DNA from: Burkholderiaceae bacterium
Lineage (GTDB): Bacteria > Pseudomonadota > Gammaproteobacteria > Burkholderiales > Burkholderiaceae_C
Assembly: GCA_031276435.1 (NCBI GenBank)
Contig: JAISNB010000082.1
Location: forward strand, 1 to 45,204
DNA length: 45,204 nt
Direction: 5' to 3'
Position numbers and translations under genes: made by a program. Positions 1 to 11,616 of the stretch are shown here, in pieces. The notes below the pieces were generated by a model. That model was not told where the DNA came from. It saw only the letters and a program-made list of their open reading frames with translations, and searched no databases. Numbering within the stretch: the first letter of the stretch is position 1; the number at the start of each line of letters is the position of its first letter.

Positions 1-836
1 TGCCACACCCTTTTGACTCGCACCCGCCCACGCGCCAGCGCATTGTGGCAACGCAAGTCCCGCTGGAGCAAGCCAGCGCGGCGGGCATGCGCCCCATCAA
101 CAGCAACGACCTTCTGCACAGGGCGGGGCTGTTCAAGCATTTTCCGGCGCTGTGCAAACAGCTCAGCGACGACATGCGCGAGGTGCAGAAAGAAGGTTAC
201 GTCGAAAGCCGCAAAGATCTGGTCAACGCGGCCCAATCGGTGATGGAGCGCACCACGATCTACCCGTACCGCAGCGTGTCGGGCCTGCTGCCCGGCCTGG
301 CGGCGCTGGTTTGCCTTGCGCTGGCAGGCATGGCGGTGGCGAGCATGGTGCGCAAAGGCGGCGAGCTGTGGAATCAGGCAGTGGAAATGCTATTGATATT
401 CGTGCCGCTGGCCGTGCTGTTCGGCTGGCTGTCTTTGCGCTGGCGTCGGCTGGTGCGCCACCCGGCGCTGACGCTCACGGCCAACGCCATCCAGTTTGCC
501 AACCTGCAAGGCCCCATCAAAATCCGCGACATTCAGCACTTCGACTTCAAAGTGGATGGCAGCGCCATCTCTGTGCGCTTTCACATGGAGCCAAACTTCA
601 AGCCCGTTGCCGAGCTTGCCAAACCGCCCAGCAGCTTCAAAGCCAGATTCAACCAGGGCGCGCACTGCTACGTCGTCAACCTGCCGGGCGCGCAGGTTGA
701 CAACGAGCCGCTGACGCCCGAGCAGTTGTACGAAACGCTGGTCAATTACCTCGACGCAGGCCATGCGCGGCAGGTTTTGCGCGAACAAAAAAGGGCGGCG
801 CGCAAAGTCCAAAGCGCGCCAGATGAAAAAGCCTGA
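1..836 (+). CDS. M48-family metallopeptidase-like membrane protein, 5'-partial (runs off window start)
   Basis: The frame of ORF 45..836 is open from base 3 and reads PHPFDSHPPTRQRI, resembling the C-terminal 'sHP..xRI' motif of M48 (HtpX/Ste24) peptidases. Two hydrophobic helices and a soluble C-terminal domain follow. The HExxH motif would lie upstream of the window. Confidence 0.55.
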   Translation, partial: PHPFDSHPPTRQRIVATQVPLEQASAAGMRPINSNDLLHRAGLFKHFPALCKQLSDDMREVQKEGYVESRKDLVNAAQSVMERTTIYPYRSVSGLLPGLAALVCLALAGMAVASMVRKGGELWNQAVEMLLIFVPLAVLFGWLSLRWRRLVRHPALTLTANAIQFANLQGPIKIRDIQHFDFKVDGSAISVRFHMEPNFKPVAELAKPPSSFKARFNQGAHCYVVNLPGAQVDNEPLTPEQLYETLVNYLDAGHARQVLREQKRAARKVQSAPDEKA

Positions 837-919
837 ATAGGCGCAGCGCCCGCGCGCACCGCGCCGCCTGCCGCGCTTGCCGCCCGGTCTGCCGCTCGAC
901 GGGATTGAACGGGATTTTC

Positions 920-2065
920 TTACGATGCGCCAAAGAAGTTCTTGATGCGGTCGGTCCAGCTTTCTGTGCCAGGCGAGTGTTTGGAGCCGCCTTTTTTGAG
1001 CGATTCGTCCAGTTCCTTGAGCAGTTTGCGCTGGTGTTCGGTGAGTTTGACCGGGGTTTCCACGCTGATGTGGCAGTACAAATCGCCCGGGTAGCTGGCG
1101 CGCACGCCTTTGATGCCTTTGCCGCGCAGGCGGAATTGTTTGCCGGTTTGCGTGCCTTCGGGGATGTCGATGGCGGCTTTGCCGTTGAGGGTAAGTACTT
1201 CGATTTCGCCGCCAAGCGCCGCCGTGGTCAGGCCAACGGGCACCACGCAGTGCAAATCGTCGCCGTCGCGCTCGAAGATGTCGTGTTTCTTGACGTGGAT
1301 TTCGATGAACAAATCGCCCGCCGGGCCGCCGCCAGCGCCCGGCTCGCCATTGCCCGCCGAGCGGATGCGCATGCCGTTGTCGATGCCAGCGGGGATTTTG
1401 ATTTCCAGTGTTTTCTGGGTTTTCAGGCGTCCCTGGCCATGGCAGTCTGGGCAGGGGTCTGGAATGATTTTTCCGGTGCCCCGGCAGTGCGGGCAGGTTT
1501 GCTGTACGCTGAAAAAGCCCTGGCGCATTTGCACGACGCCCTGGCCGTGGCAGGTGCCGCAGGTTTGGGCCTGGGTGCCCGGTTTTGCGCCGCTGCCGCG
1601 GCAGGTGGGGCATTCGTCCCAGGCGGGGATGCGGATTTGCGTTTCTTTTCCGGCGGCGGCTTCTTCCAGGGTGATTTCCATGGCGTAGCTCAGGTCAGCG
1701 CCCCGGTACATTTGGCGGCCACCGCCACCGCCGCCGCCACCGCGCGCCGCGCCGCCAAAGATGTCGCCAAAGATGTCGCCAAAGGCTTCGGCAAAGCCGC
1801 CAAAGCCTTCAGGGCCACCGCCAGCGCGCATGCTGGGGTCTACGCCAGCGTGGCCGTATTGGTCGTAGGCTGCTTTTTTTTGCGGGTCGCTGAGGATTTC
1901 GTAGGCGACTTTGATTTCCTTGAATTTTTGCTCGGCGGTCTGGACGTCGTTCTGGTTGCGGTCCGGGTGGTATTTCATGGCGAGCTTGCGGTACGCCTTT
2001 TTGATTTCGTCTTCGGTGGCGTTGCGGGGGATGCCCAGCACTTCGTAGTAGTCGCGGTTGGCCAT
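920..2065 (-). CDS. dnaJ: Molecular chaperone DnaJ
   Basis: J-domain with HPD, G/F-rich region, four CxxCxGxG zinc-finger repeats; 381 aa; follows dnaK. Confidence 0.99.
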   Translation of the reverse strand: MANRDYYEVLGIPRNATEDEIKKAYRKLAMKYHPDRNQNDVQTAEQKFKEIKVAYEILSDPQKKAAYDQYGHAGVDPSMRAGGGPEGFGGFAEAFGDIFGDIFGGAARGGGGGGGGRQMYRGADLSYAMEITLEEAAAGKETQIRIPAWDECPTCRGSGAKPGTQAQTCGTCHGQGVVQMRQGFFSVQQTCPHCRGTGKIIPDPCPDCHGQGRLKTQKTLEIKIPAGIDNGMRIRSAGNGEPGAGGGPAGDLFIEIHVKKHDIFERDGDDLHCVVPVGLTTAALGGEIEVLTLNGKAAIDIPEGTQTGKQFRLRGKGIKGVRASYPGDLYCHISVETPVKLTEHQRKLLKELDESLKKGGSKHSPGTESWTDRIKNFFGAS

Positions 2066-2152
2066 GGTTGTTCAATTGCCTTGGATGCAGCGGGCGCCGC
2101 GCAAGCCGCTGATTTTCGCGGCGGGAAAGTTTCTTGCGCGGCGCGGATCAAG

Positions 2153-2184
2153 GCGCCGCAGGCGGATTGCGGCGCGGTTTTTTT
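2153..2184. terminator. Stem-loop between dnaK and dnaJ
   Basis: GCGCCGCA-7 nt-TGCGGCGC perfect 8-bp stem. The T-run is on the + strand, so on the gene-bearing - strand it may act as a stabilising or attenuating hairpin. Confidence 0.35.
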
Positions 2185-2189
2185 GGGGG

Positions 2190-4118
<1,929 letters not shown>

Positions 4119-4155
4119 GTCGTTCTCCGAAAAAGTTGAAATTCAATGCCTGAAA

Positions 4156-4183
4156 AGATGTGGATAAGCCGTGGGTTTTCAAG
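4156..4183 (-). promoter_or_regulatory. Sigma32 (RpoH)-type promoter of dnaK
   Basis: Minus strand CTTGAA-14 nt-CCACATCT versus consensus CTTGAA-N13-15-CCCCATNT, about 40 bp upstream of the dnaK ATG. Confidence 0.75.
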
Positions 4184-4256
4184 GAATAACCCGTGTATGA
4201 ATGGTGGATACGCGCGCGCCGCGTGCGGATGAGGCGCCGCCCCTGGCGCGGGCGCG

Positions 4257-4862
4257 CTAGTCCTTGCTGGCCGATACGGTGACCAGCGCCGGGCGCAGCA
4301 CGCGCTCGGCAATCAGATAGCCGCGTTGCAGCACGCTGACCACGGCCCCGGCGGGCTGGTCGGCGGGCACCACGCTGATGGCCTGTTGCCGCGCGGGGTC
4401 GAACTTGTCGCCCGCGGCCGGATTGATCTCCAGGACCTTGTTGCGCTCCAGCGCGCTCATCAACTGGCGCAGCGTGGCCTCGGTGCCCTCACGCAAGTGC
4501 TCCACCGTGGCGGCGGCTCCCCCAGCAGCGGCCAGCGCGGCGTGCAGGCTATCGAGCACGGGCAACAGGCTTTCGGCAAAGTCTTCCACGGCGAATTTGC
4601 GGATTTTGGCGATCTCTTCGTCAGCGCGGCGGCGGGTGTTCTGGGCCTCGGCCTGCGCGCGCAGGCACTGATCGGCCAGCTCTGCCGTTTGGGCCTTCAG
4701 CGCCGCAATCTCGGCCAACAGGTTTTCGGTCTGCGCCTGGGCGTCAGCCGCATTGGCCGCCGCGGCGGCTTCTTGCGCCTCTGTGGCAAGACTCTCCGCG
4801 GGAAGGCTGCTGCCAGCGGATTCAGAAGACTGCTCTGGTGGTCTGGATGGTGAATCGGACAT
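4257..4862 (-). CDS. grpE: Nucleotide exchange factor GrpE
   Basis: [24 protein letters not shown] and [18 protein letters not shown] motifs; directly upstream of dnaK. Confidence 0.98.
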   Translation of the reverse strand: MSDSPSRPPEQSSESAGSSLPAESLATEAQEAAAAANAADAQAQTENLLAEIAALKAQTAELADQCLRAQAEAQNTRRRADEEIAKIRKFAVEDFAESLLPVLDSLHAALAAAGGAAATVEHLREGTEATLRQLMSALERNKVLEINPAAGDKFDPARQQAISVVPADQPAGAVVSVLQRGYLIAERVLRPALVTVSASKD

Positions 4863-4905
4863 GCTTGTGCGTGAGGTTTCAAAGCGTCAAATCAAACTTT
4901 TCCCC

Positions 4906-4933
4906 AAATGGAGCCTGCGGCGGGGAAATCAAG
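4906..4933 (-). promoter_or_regulatory. Sigma32 (RpoH)-type promoter of grpE
   Basis: Minus strand CTTGAT-14 nt-CTCCATTT, about 45 bp upstream of the grpE ATG. Confidence 0.7.
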
Positions 4934-5264
4934 CCAACGCCCCGAAACCGGCCCCATGCCCTTGGCTCGGGGCGGCGGGCAACGCTTTGGGGCATGGCAT
5001 GGGCCGCAAGGCGCAACCGGCGGCCCGCACGCGGCGAGGCGGCTTTGCGTGCTGATTTTGCTCTCCCGCGCTTCTCCGCCATCGCAACCACAGCCCAACC
5101 CATCGTCATTGCGAGGGCCGCAGGCGCGCCGCTGACTGGCCCACCCCTGTGCTTGTTGCGCGCAAAAGTTTGAACAGAATTTTTGTTGCGCATTGGCATA
5201 AATCTCGGTAATCCGCATGAAAGTCTTGCGCTAACTTTAATGAGGTGTGTAATGTAGGGTAGAA

Positions 5265-6050
5265 TAAAAATTATTTAATCACCACCTTGTACGCCGCGTT
5301 TCTATTTTATTGATAGGATTTATACTTGTCTGCCCGGTACTGGCCTCACACATTCCGGTGTTGACCACAGATGAGCCTGTTTTTTATTCGATCTACTTAT
5401 GATGGTAATGTATTTATAGGAGTTTCAGAGTCCAGGCGCGATAACGGTGGATGCGTGGCCCGGTGACTTGGCTACTGATGCGTTGACCGCAGCAAACTTT
5501 GTCTCGGTGGGGGTGGGGTATGACATCATGGCTGTCCGTGTGTTATTCAAGAGCGCCTCTAAAAATAATATATTATTCATGGAAAATTCAGCCAAAACCC
5601 GAGCGGCTCAGGCTTTTCTACTGTTTGATGAGTTGGCTAATGCTTATTTACTAGTCTGATTCAATAAGCAAAACGGGTCGACATTCAATTCCGCAGGCAT
5701 TGCAGCAGGCACTGTTCATACAATGCTCAACACGAGCAGTAAATATTACACGAATTTCGTGGGTCTCGCTCCTTCCTTCTCATCAATGAGGTTCCTCTTT
5801 ACAGCAGTGTACCCGTGGATAATACATTGATTTGTCGTCGGGCGCTCCCACGCCAGCGCCCAATTCAACCTAGGCAGCTAAATCGTCCAAGCAGCGTTGA
5901 ACAAGCATCATGTCGGGCAGCGGCGCTTGTGGTATTTGCGCCGCTGCACCTTTAAACGCCGCTCCCGTTGGCCCTATGGAGTGGCTGCCGCCGCTGGCGG
6001 CTTTGCTGTCCCTTCTGGCCTTGCTTGGGTTTCGCAACCAGCGCGCTTGA
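5265..6050 (+). pseudogene. Degenerate low-GC secreted/surface protein gene with IPTL-CTERM-like tail
   Basis: Signal-peptide-like segment (KLFNHHLVRRVSILLIGFILVCPVLA) near 5268-5345, broken internal frames, and a terminal segment APVGPMEWLPPLAALLSLLALLGFRNQRA* ending at 6050. Confidence 0.4.
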
Positions 6051-6322
6051 ATGGTCAGTTGTTCGGTGTGAGGCATGACTGATAAAGCGCCGTAGCATCC
6101 GCCCCGCTGTCGCGGCGTTTTGTTTTGTGGCGTAGGCTGTTGTCTGGATTGCCGCGTTGCTGCGCTCCTCGCAATGACAGGGATTTAGGGGCTTGTTCCT
6201 GTGGCAAACGTCTCGCTAATTCAGGCACAGCGTACTTCGTCATTGCGAGAGGCCTTAGCCCCGTGGCAATTCATGTGCTTTTCATTTGAGTAATGCATTT
6301 TTGTTTGCATCGCGTGGAAAAT

Positions 6323-6360
6323 CCCCCTCACCCCGACACTCTCCCCCTGGGGGGAGAGTG
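6323..6360. repeat. CCCTCACCCC...CTCTCCC-type palindromic repeat
   Basis: CACTCTCCCC-CTGG-GGGGAGAGTG perfect 10-bp stem preceded by CCCCTCACCCC. Confidence 0.55.
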
Positions 6361-6681
6361 CAATGAAGAGATGTGCATCCGTCCTGTCATTGCGACCACG
6401 TTTCACTCCGTCATTATTGTGAGCGAAGCGCAGAAATCCATCCGTGAAGCAAGTGCCTCGGATGTCAAGAACGCCAAGTCGCAGGCTGAAACGCCGCAGA
6501 GAATGCAGAGAAAACGAGGTTGGGAAGCATGCGGTACTCCATAACGAGACGCTCCTACTGTTGCCGAACGGTTCCATCATGTGGGCAGTTATCTGGCATG
6601 AGGAATGCCATAATTCCTGAAAGCGGTTTGCTGACGATGGGCGCTGGCTACACCTTTCCACTCGATCAAGGAGAAAGAAAA

Positions 6682-7635
6682 TTGGCAAAAGACGATGCGA
6701 ACAAGGCGGGCAGTGCTGCTGTGATAGAGAAAGGTTTGGGAGTGTTGGAGCGGGTCTGGGATGCTCATTGGGCGCTGCGGCTGGCCTGCGCCATCTTGTT
6801 CCTCGATATGGCAATGATGCTTCGCGTCGGGCGCGGGCTGCGTCAATGGACAGTCGAGGACAAGGCGCTGTTGAGTGATGTGGGCTGGGTTGCTCCCCTC
6901 ATCGTCGCCTTCAGTTTCACGGTAGCCATCGTGATACCCCTCGTCCTGATCGTGCTACGTCAGGTCAGCGCGCTCGTGCTGGAATGGTTTCTGCCCTTTC
7001 TCACGAAGTCATCTGAACTGCGTTACCGGCGGCCGTTGGGCTATGTCCCCGCTGGCGAGTTTTACAATTTCGCGTTATGCGGGAAGGACGATTTCCTCTT
7101 CCGCATGTATGAAGCGCACGAACGGAAGAAGAAGACCGAGCAGCAAGCCCGTGAACGCGCAGGAGAGCTTACGGCTGCGACTTTGTTGGCCGTGTTGACG
7201 AATTGGCTGCTCGCACAGTGGACACCCGGTAGCATTGGCCTGATCGGTGCCATCGCCGATGCGTTGGCGGACTGGGCGTCCGTCGTTGCAGTGGCCGCCC
7301 TGCTGTACAGCGGCTCCGTTCTGAAGTGGGCATGGTTTTCGGACGCATCCCCCAACCTGATCTACTACCCGTCGCTGGATCAGTCTCTGCGGGACAGGAA
7401 AGAAAGGACCGAGGGCTTCCTTGATAACAAACTCAGTGACCTGGAGTCCGCCGTCGGTGGACATGGATATGGATCAGGCGGCGACCAGCTTGTGCGCCAG
7501 CGCCACTTCGACGCAATCACCGTTCTGGCTCAGAATGTCAAGCCTGGATTCGGGCACGTCGCCCGAAGTGCTCTGCGAGACCATGATCATTTTGGCCATC
7601 AGGCAGGTCAGGTCATTTGCGAAAAACCGGCGTAG
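6682..7635 (+). CDS. Hypothetical multi-pass membrane protein (ICE cargo)
   Basis: TTG start after an AAGGAG RBS (6668-6673); about four hydrophobic segments. The last ~50 codons overlap the helicase remnant on the other strand and are probably read-through. Confidence 0.6.
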   Translation: MAKDDANKAGSAAVIEKGLGVLERVWDAHWALRLACAILFLDMAMMLRVGRGLRQWTVEDKALLSDVGWVAPLIVAFSFTVAIVIPLVLIVLRQVSALVLEWFLPFLTKSSELRYRRPLGYVPAGEFYNFALCGKDDFLFRMYEAHERKKKTEQQARERAGELTAATLLAVLTNWLLAQWTPGSIGLIGAIADALADWASVVAVAALLYSGSVLKWAWFSDASPNLIYYPSLDQSLRDRKERTEGFLDNKLSDLESAVGGHGYGSGGDQLVRQRHFDAITVLAQNVKPGFGHVARSALRDHDHFGHQAGQVICEKPA

Positions 7636-7700
7636 CCGAGATAAATCACGCGCACGGGCTGCTTTTGCCCGATGCGCCACGAGCCGAACCGCCTGCTGAA
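7474..7700 (-). pseudogene. C-terminal remnant of PFGI-1-class ICE DEAD/SNF2-like helicase
   Basis: SWRIGQKQPVRVIYLGYAG..QMT, then frameshifted LMAKMIMVSQSTSGDVPESRLDILSQNGDCVEVALAHKLVAA*, the characteristic C-terminus of this ICE helicase. Confidence 0.75.
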
Positions 7701-7736
7701 CTTGGCTTGCCGGACGGTCAGATCAGAGAGTGCCAT
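7701..7736 (-). pseudogene. First 12 codons of a P4-type ICE tyrosine integrase
   Basis: MALSDLTVRQAK preceded by a GGGAG RBS, matching the Arm-binding N-terminus of ICE integrases; cut off abruptly. Confidence 0.6.
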
Positions 7737-8016
7737 GATCGAACTCCCAAGTTGTGACTCAGGCGATGAGACAGGCACCAAAGTGCTAAGTCTTTGTTTC
7801 TAAACAAATCCCTCCACCCTGACGAGCAACTAGGCTTCTAATTATAGCCTTGTTTTGTGCTCTCGCAACAAAAACCCTGCATTGACTCTCACAAACACCT
7901 TAGGCATCCATCCATCGCACGGCACTCGACAGCGGCGACAAGTCATGCCTGCATGCTGCGGAACTTAATTCTCTTTATGACAGAAGTCAACGTTTACCAT
8001 CGATTCAGGACCCCGA

Positions 8017-8605
8017 TTATCTTTGGTGATTGATTACCCACTCCAATGCGGTCAGGCGCTCAATGATGCGATCAAAGGCCAATCAATGTCTCTCTGAAAA
8101 AAACATCTGGGCCTCCAGCATGGCCTGGTAGTCCCGTTGCAGCGCATTGAGCAACGCGGCATTGGGAGTCAGCCGCAGGCCACCCGCCTAGCACAGTTCG
8201 TAGTGGCTGAACCCGCTGCGGTAGAAGGTCTCCTTGATGTGCAGCACGTCGCGCAACAACTCTCAGTATCGGCCAGGCGCGCCAGGTCGTACCAATGCCG
8301 TGTCAGCCACTCGGCGCTGACGCGCAGGTCAGGGCAAGGGCGGACTTCTTGCGCTGGGTGTTGGAAAGACCCGCGAGATCGGCCACCAGACTCCGATAGT
8401 TGATGGTGACGTCAATGTCTTCTGAAAAACGTTCAATGGCCTGATAGACCTTGGACAGCGCCGCCCTTGAACGCCATCGGCTTGCGATTCGACAGCGCAA
8501 ACAGAACGCCCAGCACTTGGCACAGCCAGGTGTCTTTTTCCAGCATTTCAGCTCGGCCTGCTCAGCCAAGGACAAATCGAAATAGTGCTCCGTGAATTCA
8601 GGCAT
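8017..8605 (-). pseudogene. AbiEii/AbiGii nucleotidyltransferase toxin, frameshifted and internally deleted
   Basis: Pieced motifs LEKD.WL.QVL, MAFKG..LSKVYQAIERFSEDIDVT, RHWYDL and LQRDYQAML; overlaps the upstream antitoxin stop. Confidence 0.85.
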
Positions 8606-9207
8606 GGGCCAGTTCGCTGCGCTCGTAGCGAGTGAGGGCTTCCGCCATCCAGGCTGGCATCGACGCCTTGGCCTTGCTCAACGCCTCGAACTCACCTGCT
8701 GGCAGCCTGTTTGCGATCTGCTTGAACGTGTCCGGCGTAACTTGGCTGCGCCTCAGGTACCAGGAGGGCCGACAGCGCCTGCCCCGCAGGTCGCGCCCCG
8801 CCAGCTTGCGCGGAGCCACGTGCGCAGTCGGACGACCAGTTTGCCCAACCGGATATGGCGCGAGGAACCCGTGATGTAAAAAACCGCCTGCGCTGGCATC
8901 TGCGTGGACAGGCCCAGATGCCGCGCGGCTTCCGGCTCCATGGATACCGATCATTGCCCCTTCTGCCTCGGCCATAGTGCGCGCCACCTAGTTCGGGTGC
9001 GGGCATCGACTTGACGCCAAACCGCCCAATTCTGGGCACGACATACAAACCATGACCGATGCGCTCGATATGCCCCGCCTTAGCAAGCCGCATCAAAGTT
9101 TGATCAATGGCCGCGCGCGAACCCAGCCCCGCGAACAATGCGGGGATAAATGGCTCGCCTGCGGGTTGCGAGGCGATACGTTCCCGGATGGCTTGGGATG
9201 TGCTCAT
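8598..9207 (-). pseudogene. DUF6088/AbiEi-type antitoxin, frameshifted
   Basis: MSTSQAIRERI...GSRAAIDQTLMRL...IERIGHGLY, GAEAARHLGLSTQMP...ITGSSR and MPAWMAEAL are spread over three frames. Confidence 0.85.
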
Positions 9208-9449
9208 GCTGGATTGACTTTGTATGTTATATATTCTAATCAAAAATCCAAAAAAATATCATCCATTCCACTCTGGATAACCAGTGCCATCGGCGAGGAA
9301 GGGCAGTTCGTGACTGACCCGATCAAGAACTTGTGGCAAAGCGCATCGATCACAGTTGCGGTTGATGAGATGTGCGTTGTTACCGATGAGCGCTGTGGTG
9401 AATTCGGCAGGGCAATCAGCAAAACGAATTTTTTGGCTACGATGCACGC

Positions 9450-9620
9450 ATGGATGAACCGATTCTTGCTGTAGTCTTCTACCGAACCGATACAGGCAAT
9501 AAGCCAATGCACGATTGGTTGCTTGATGACGGTGGAAGACTGCAAGGCCATCGGATACGATAGTATCAGAGAGTGATCTAAAACTTGCAAGAGACTACTT
9601 CAAAAGGCCAAGGGAGCACA
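9450..9620 (+). pseudogene. RelE/Gp49-like type II toxin remnant
   Basis: MDEPILAVVFYRTDTGNKPMHDWLL...EDCKAIGYD joined to ESDLKLAR; the central part is missing. Confidence 0.6.
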
Positions 9621-9622
9621 AC

Positions 9623-9677
9623 ATGAACAAGCACATTGGCAGCAGCTTCGACGAAGAAGGTGTACGTGAAGAATCCC
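9623..9677 (+). pseudogene. XRE-family antitoxin N-terminal remnant
   Basis: MNKHIGSSFD..EG..EE after a GGGAG RBS, directly behind the toxin remnant; the HTH is lost. Confidence 0.55.
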
Positions 9678-10880
9678 ATGCACCATCCCTGCTGACAGAG
9701 ATACGCACGTCCGACATGCCGGCTGTGTATCAGCGTTTCGCCGATGTCGTGAGGGATCGAATCTGGGCGCGTCGCGTCGAAAAGATCGAGGAGGAAATCA
9801 AGCGCCATCGCTTCCTCAAAACGTATTTGTGTGCGGAAAACGAGATCGCGTTCAGCCTCAACCGATGCAGAGAATTGATCGAGCGTGGGGCAGTCGATGC
9901 AGTCGCCAACCAGAGTGACCTGTATGCGGCGATCAGCTTCGCTGCCCAATCGTTGTCCATGATAGATATGGCAACGCCAGTCGAAGCAAAACGCTTGTGC
10001 AAGCGAGTGGCAGGAGATGACCGATCAAAAGGGAAAGACTTTTGATCTATTGGTGCCTGACATAGGGAACAGTGGTGTTGAAGTTGAGTACAAGTCGATT
10101 TCTGAAGACAAAGGGCGCAAAATCCACCGGCGCGACGCGCTGGAATTTTTCCATCTGGTAGCCAGCAAGTTGGCACGCATCTGCAAAACACTGAAAGTCG
10201 GCTTGTCGGTCGTGCTGACCGTGCCTGGCAGGTTGCCTACGTCATACACAGACCGCAAAGCGCTGGCCGAACTTGTCTGACAGTAAATTGCCACCGGGCA
10301 CAGTGCCAGGCTGGATGGTGACATTGATATCCGCATTGAAGAATTTGAACTTGCGCACCTGGACAATATTAAAGAAAACAACCCTGAAATTGTGCGATCG
10401 GTGATTGAGAAGCTGACCAAAACGCAAAATCAGGAGAGTATTCTCACAGGCACGGAGGCTGGCGGTGTGCTTGTCTTTGTCGTACAAAGCGCGCTCAGAA
10501 ATGACCTGATGGATGCCGTCTTCAAAACGCTTGGCGATGCGGCAAAAGACCAGATGACTGGCACCCGGCCAGCATTACTCATCGCGGGTTTCAACGGACT
10601 CTCCCGTGAACACCTGTTATCGATCGCACAGCAGGATCATGATGCCCACCAACAACCGACCGCGCTGGCGACTGGTGTTAGCCATTTTCTGGCCGCTGGT
10701 CACCGGGGTCACGTGGCGGGAGTCGCCTTTCTCAGCCGTGGTGCACTGCGTCCGGCCACAGACAACGCATTTGACATCGGGGGCAGGGCGTACTATTTTC
10801 CCAATCGCGAAAGCAGGTTCTGGCACAACGACTTTGATGGGTTGTTCGCGGAGCAAAACCTGCCGCAAACGCGCACCTGA
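9678..10880 (+). pseudogene. Hypothetical protein with PD-(D/E)XK-like motif, disrupted
   Basis: Frameshift near 10015 and in-frame stops at 10278 and 10284. ORFs 10017 and 10392 share a frame. Contains FDLLVPDIGNSGVEVEYKS. Confidence 0.55.
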
Positions 10881-10926
10881 GCCGCTGTCGCAGGGTCGTG
10901 CTTGTTTTCTCCGCTACGCTATCCCT

Positions 10927-11277
10927 TCATCGGGCAATTAGGTGCGACTGGCGCAGCTTGAGCGCAAAAGCCACGATTTCCAGGCCGTGATCGAGCATCC
11001 CGCCCGGCCAGGCGTGGTGGTGCGCCTCTGAGGCCGGAAACTGCTGTACCAGCTCGGCATAGCGTTCGATTGGCGCAAGATACAGGGCCTTGAACTGCGC
11101 GCGCGAAAGCGAGGTGCGCTGCCAGATGTGTTCCAGCAGCCTCTGCCGACGCGGAGCAGCCAGAAGCAACGTGGCCGACTGCAGTTGCAGCAACCCTTGG
11201 GAGAACTCGGCAGAATGTGGCACGGTCGCAACGCCGGTTTCGCGCGACGCCCGTTTGCGCTGGAACAGCGAAAGCAT
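10927..11277 (-). pseudogene. traI: MobH-family relaxase (TraI) of PFGI-1-class ICE, 3'-truncated
   Basis: MLSLFQRKR...LLEHIWQRTSLSR...RYAELVQQFPASEAHHHAWPGGMLDHGLEIV; only 116 aa and lacks the downstream HD motif. Confidence 0.92.
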
Positions 11278-11309
11278 GTGAACTTTTGGTGCGGATGGAT
11301 TGGCAAGAG

Positions 11310-11390
11310 CGCCTTTTGGCCTTTTCAGGCAATGCCCTTGCCCTTGATGCCCCTTCCCTTGTCCCCTTCAACCCTTTGGCCTTTGACCAT
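11310..11390. repeat. Short CCCTT/GGCCTTT repeat tract upstream of the relaxase (candidate oriT region)
   Basis: GCCTTTTGGCCTTTT...GCCCTTGCCCTTGATGCCCCTTCCCTTGTCCCCTTCAACCCTTTGGCCTTTG. Confidence 0.5.
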
Positions 11391-11552
11391 TTGGGATATA
11401 GCGCAGCCCAAAATGCGCTTCTACAGTCAATGTGGAACTGGCCCCAATCGGATTGGACGTGACTGAGTGCGGGTACTTATCCTATGCTGTACTTTGACCC
11501 ATTCGCTCAATAGCGGTCTTTGCCATGGAGTGTCTTCGCGTGAGCGACATGG

Positions 11553-11581
11553 TTGACAAACGAGACATAAAAGAATAAAGT
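11553..11581 (+). promoter_or_regulatory. Sigma70-type promoter of the antitoxin-RES operon
   Basis: TTGACA-17 nt-TAAAGT. Confidence 0.6.
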
Positions 11582-11616
11582 GATTTCCATCTCAATCCCG
11601 CATGTGGGAGACAAGC

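Larger units (their letters stand above)
5104..6440. repeat. Dispersed GTCATTGCGA-type REP-like repeats (about 5 copies)
   Basis: GTCATTGCGA(G) at about 5104 (+), 6145-6179 (-; GTCATTGCGAGGAGCGCAGCAACGCGGCAATCC), 6238-6272 (+) and 6385 (+), with a degenerate copy at 6409-6440. Resembles CGTC-class extragenic palindromes. Confidence 0.6.

Noticed and set aside
4863-5260. CIRCE/HrcA operator upstream of grpE
   Set aside because: No TTAGCACTC-N9-GAGTGCTAA found; only isolated half-site-like words elsewhere (about 7781 and 24502).
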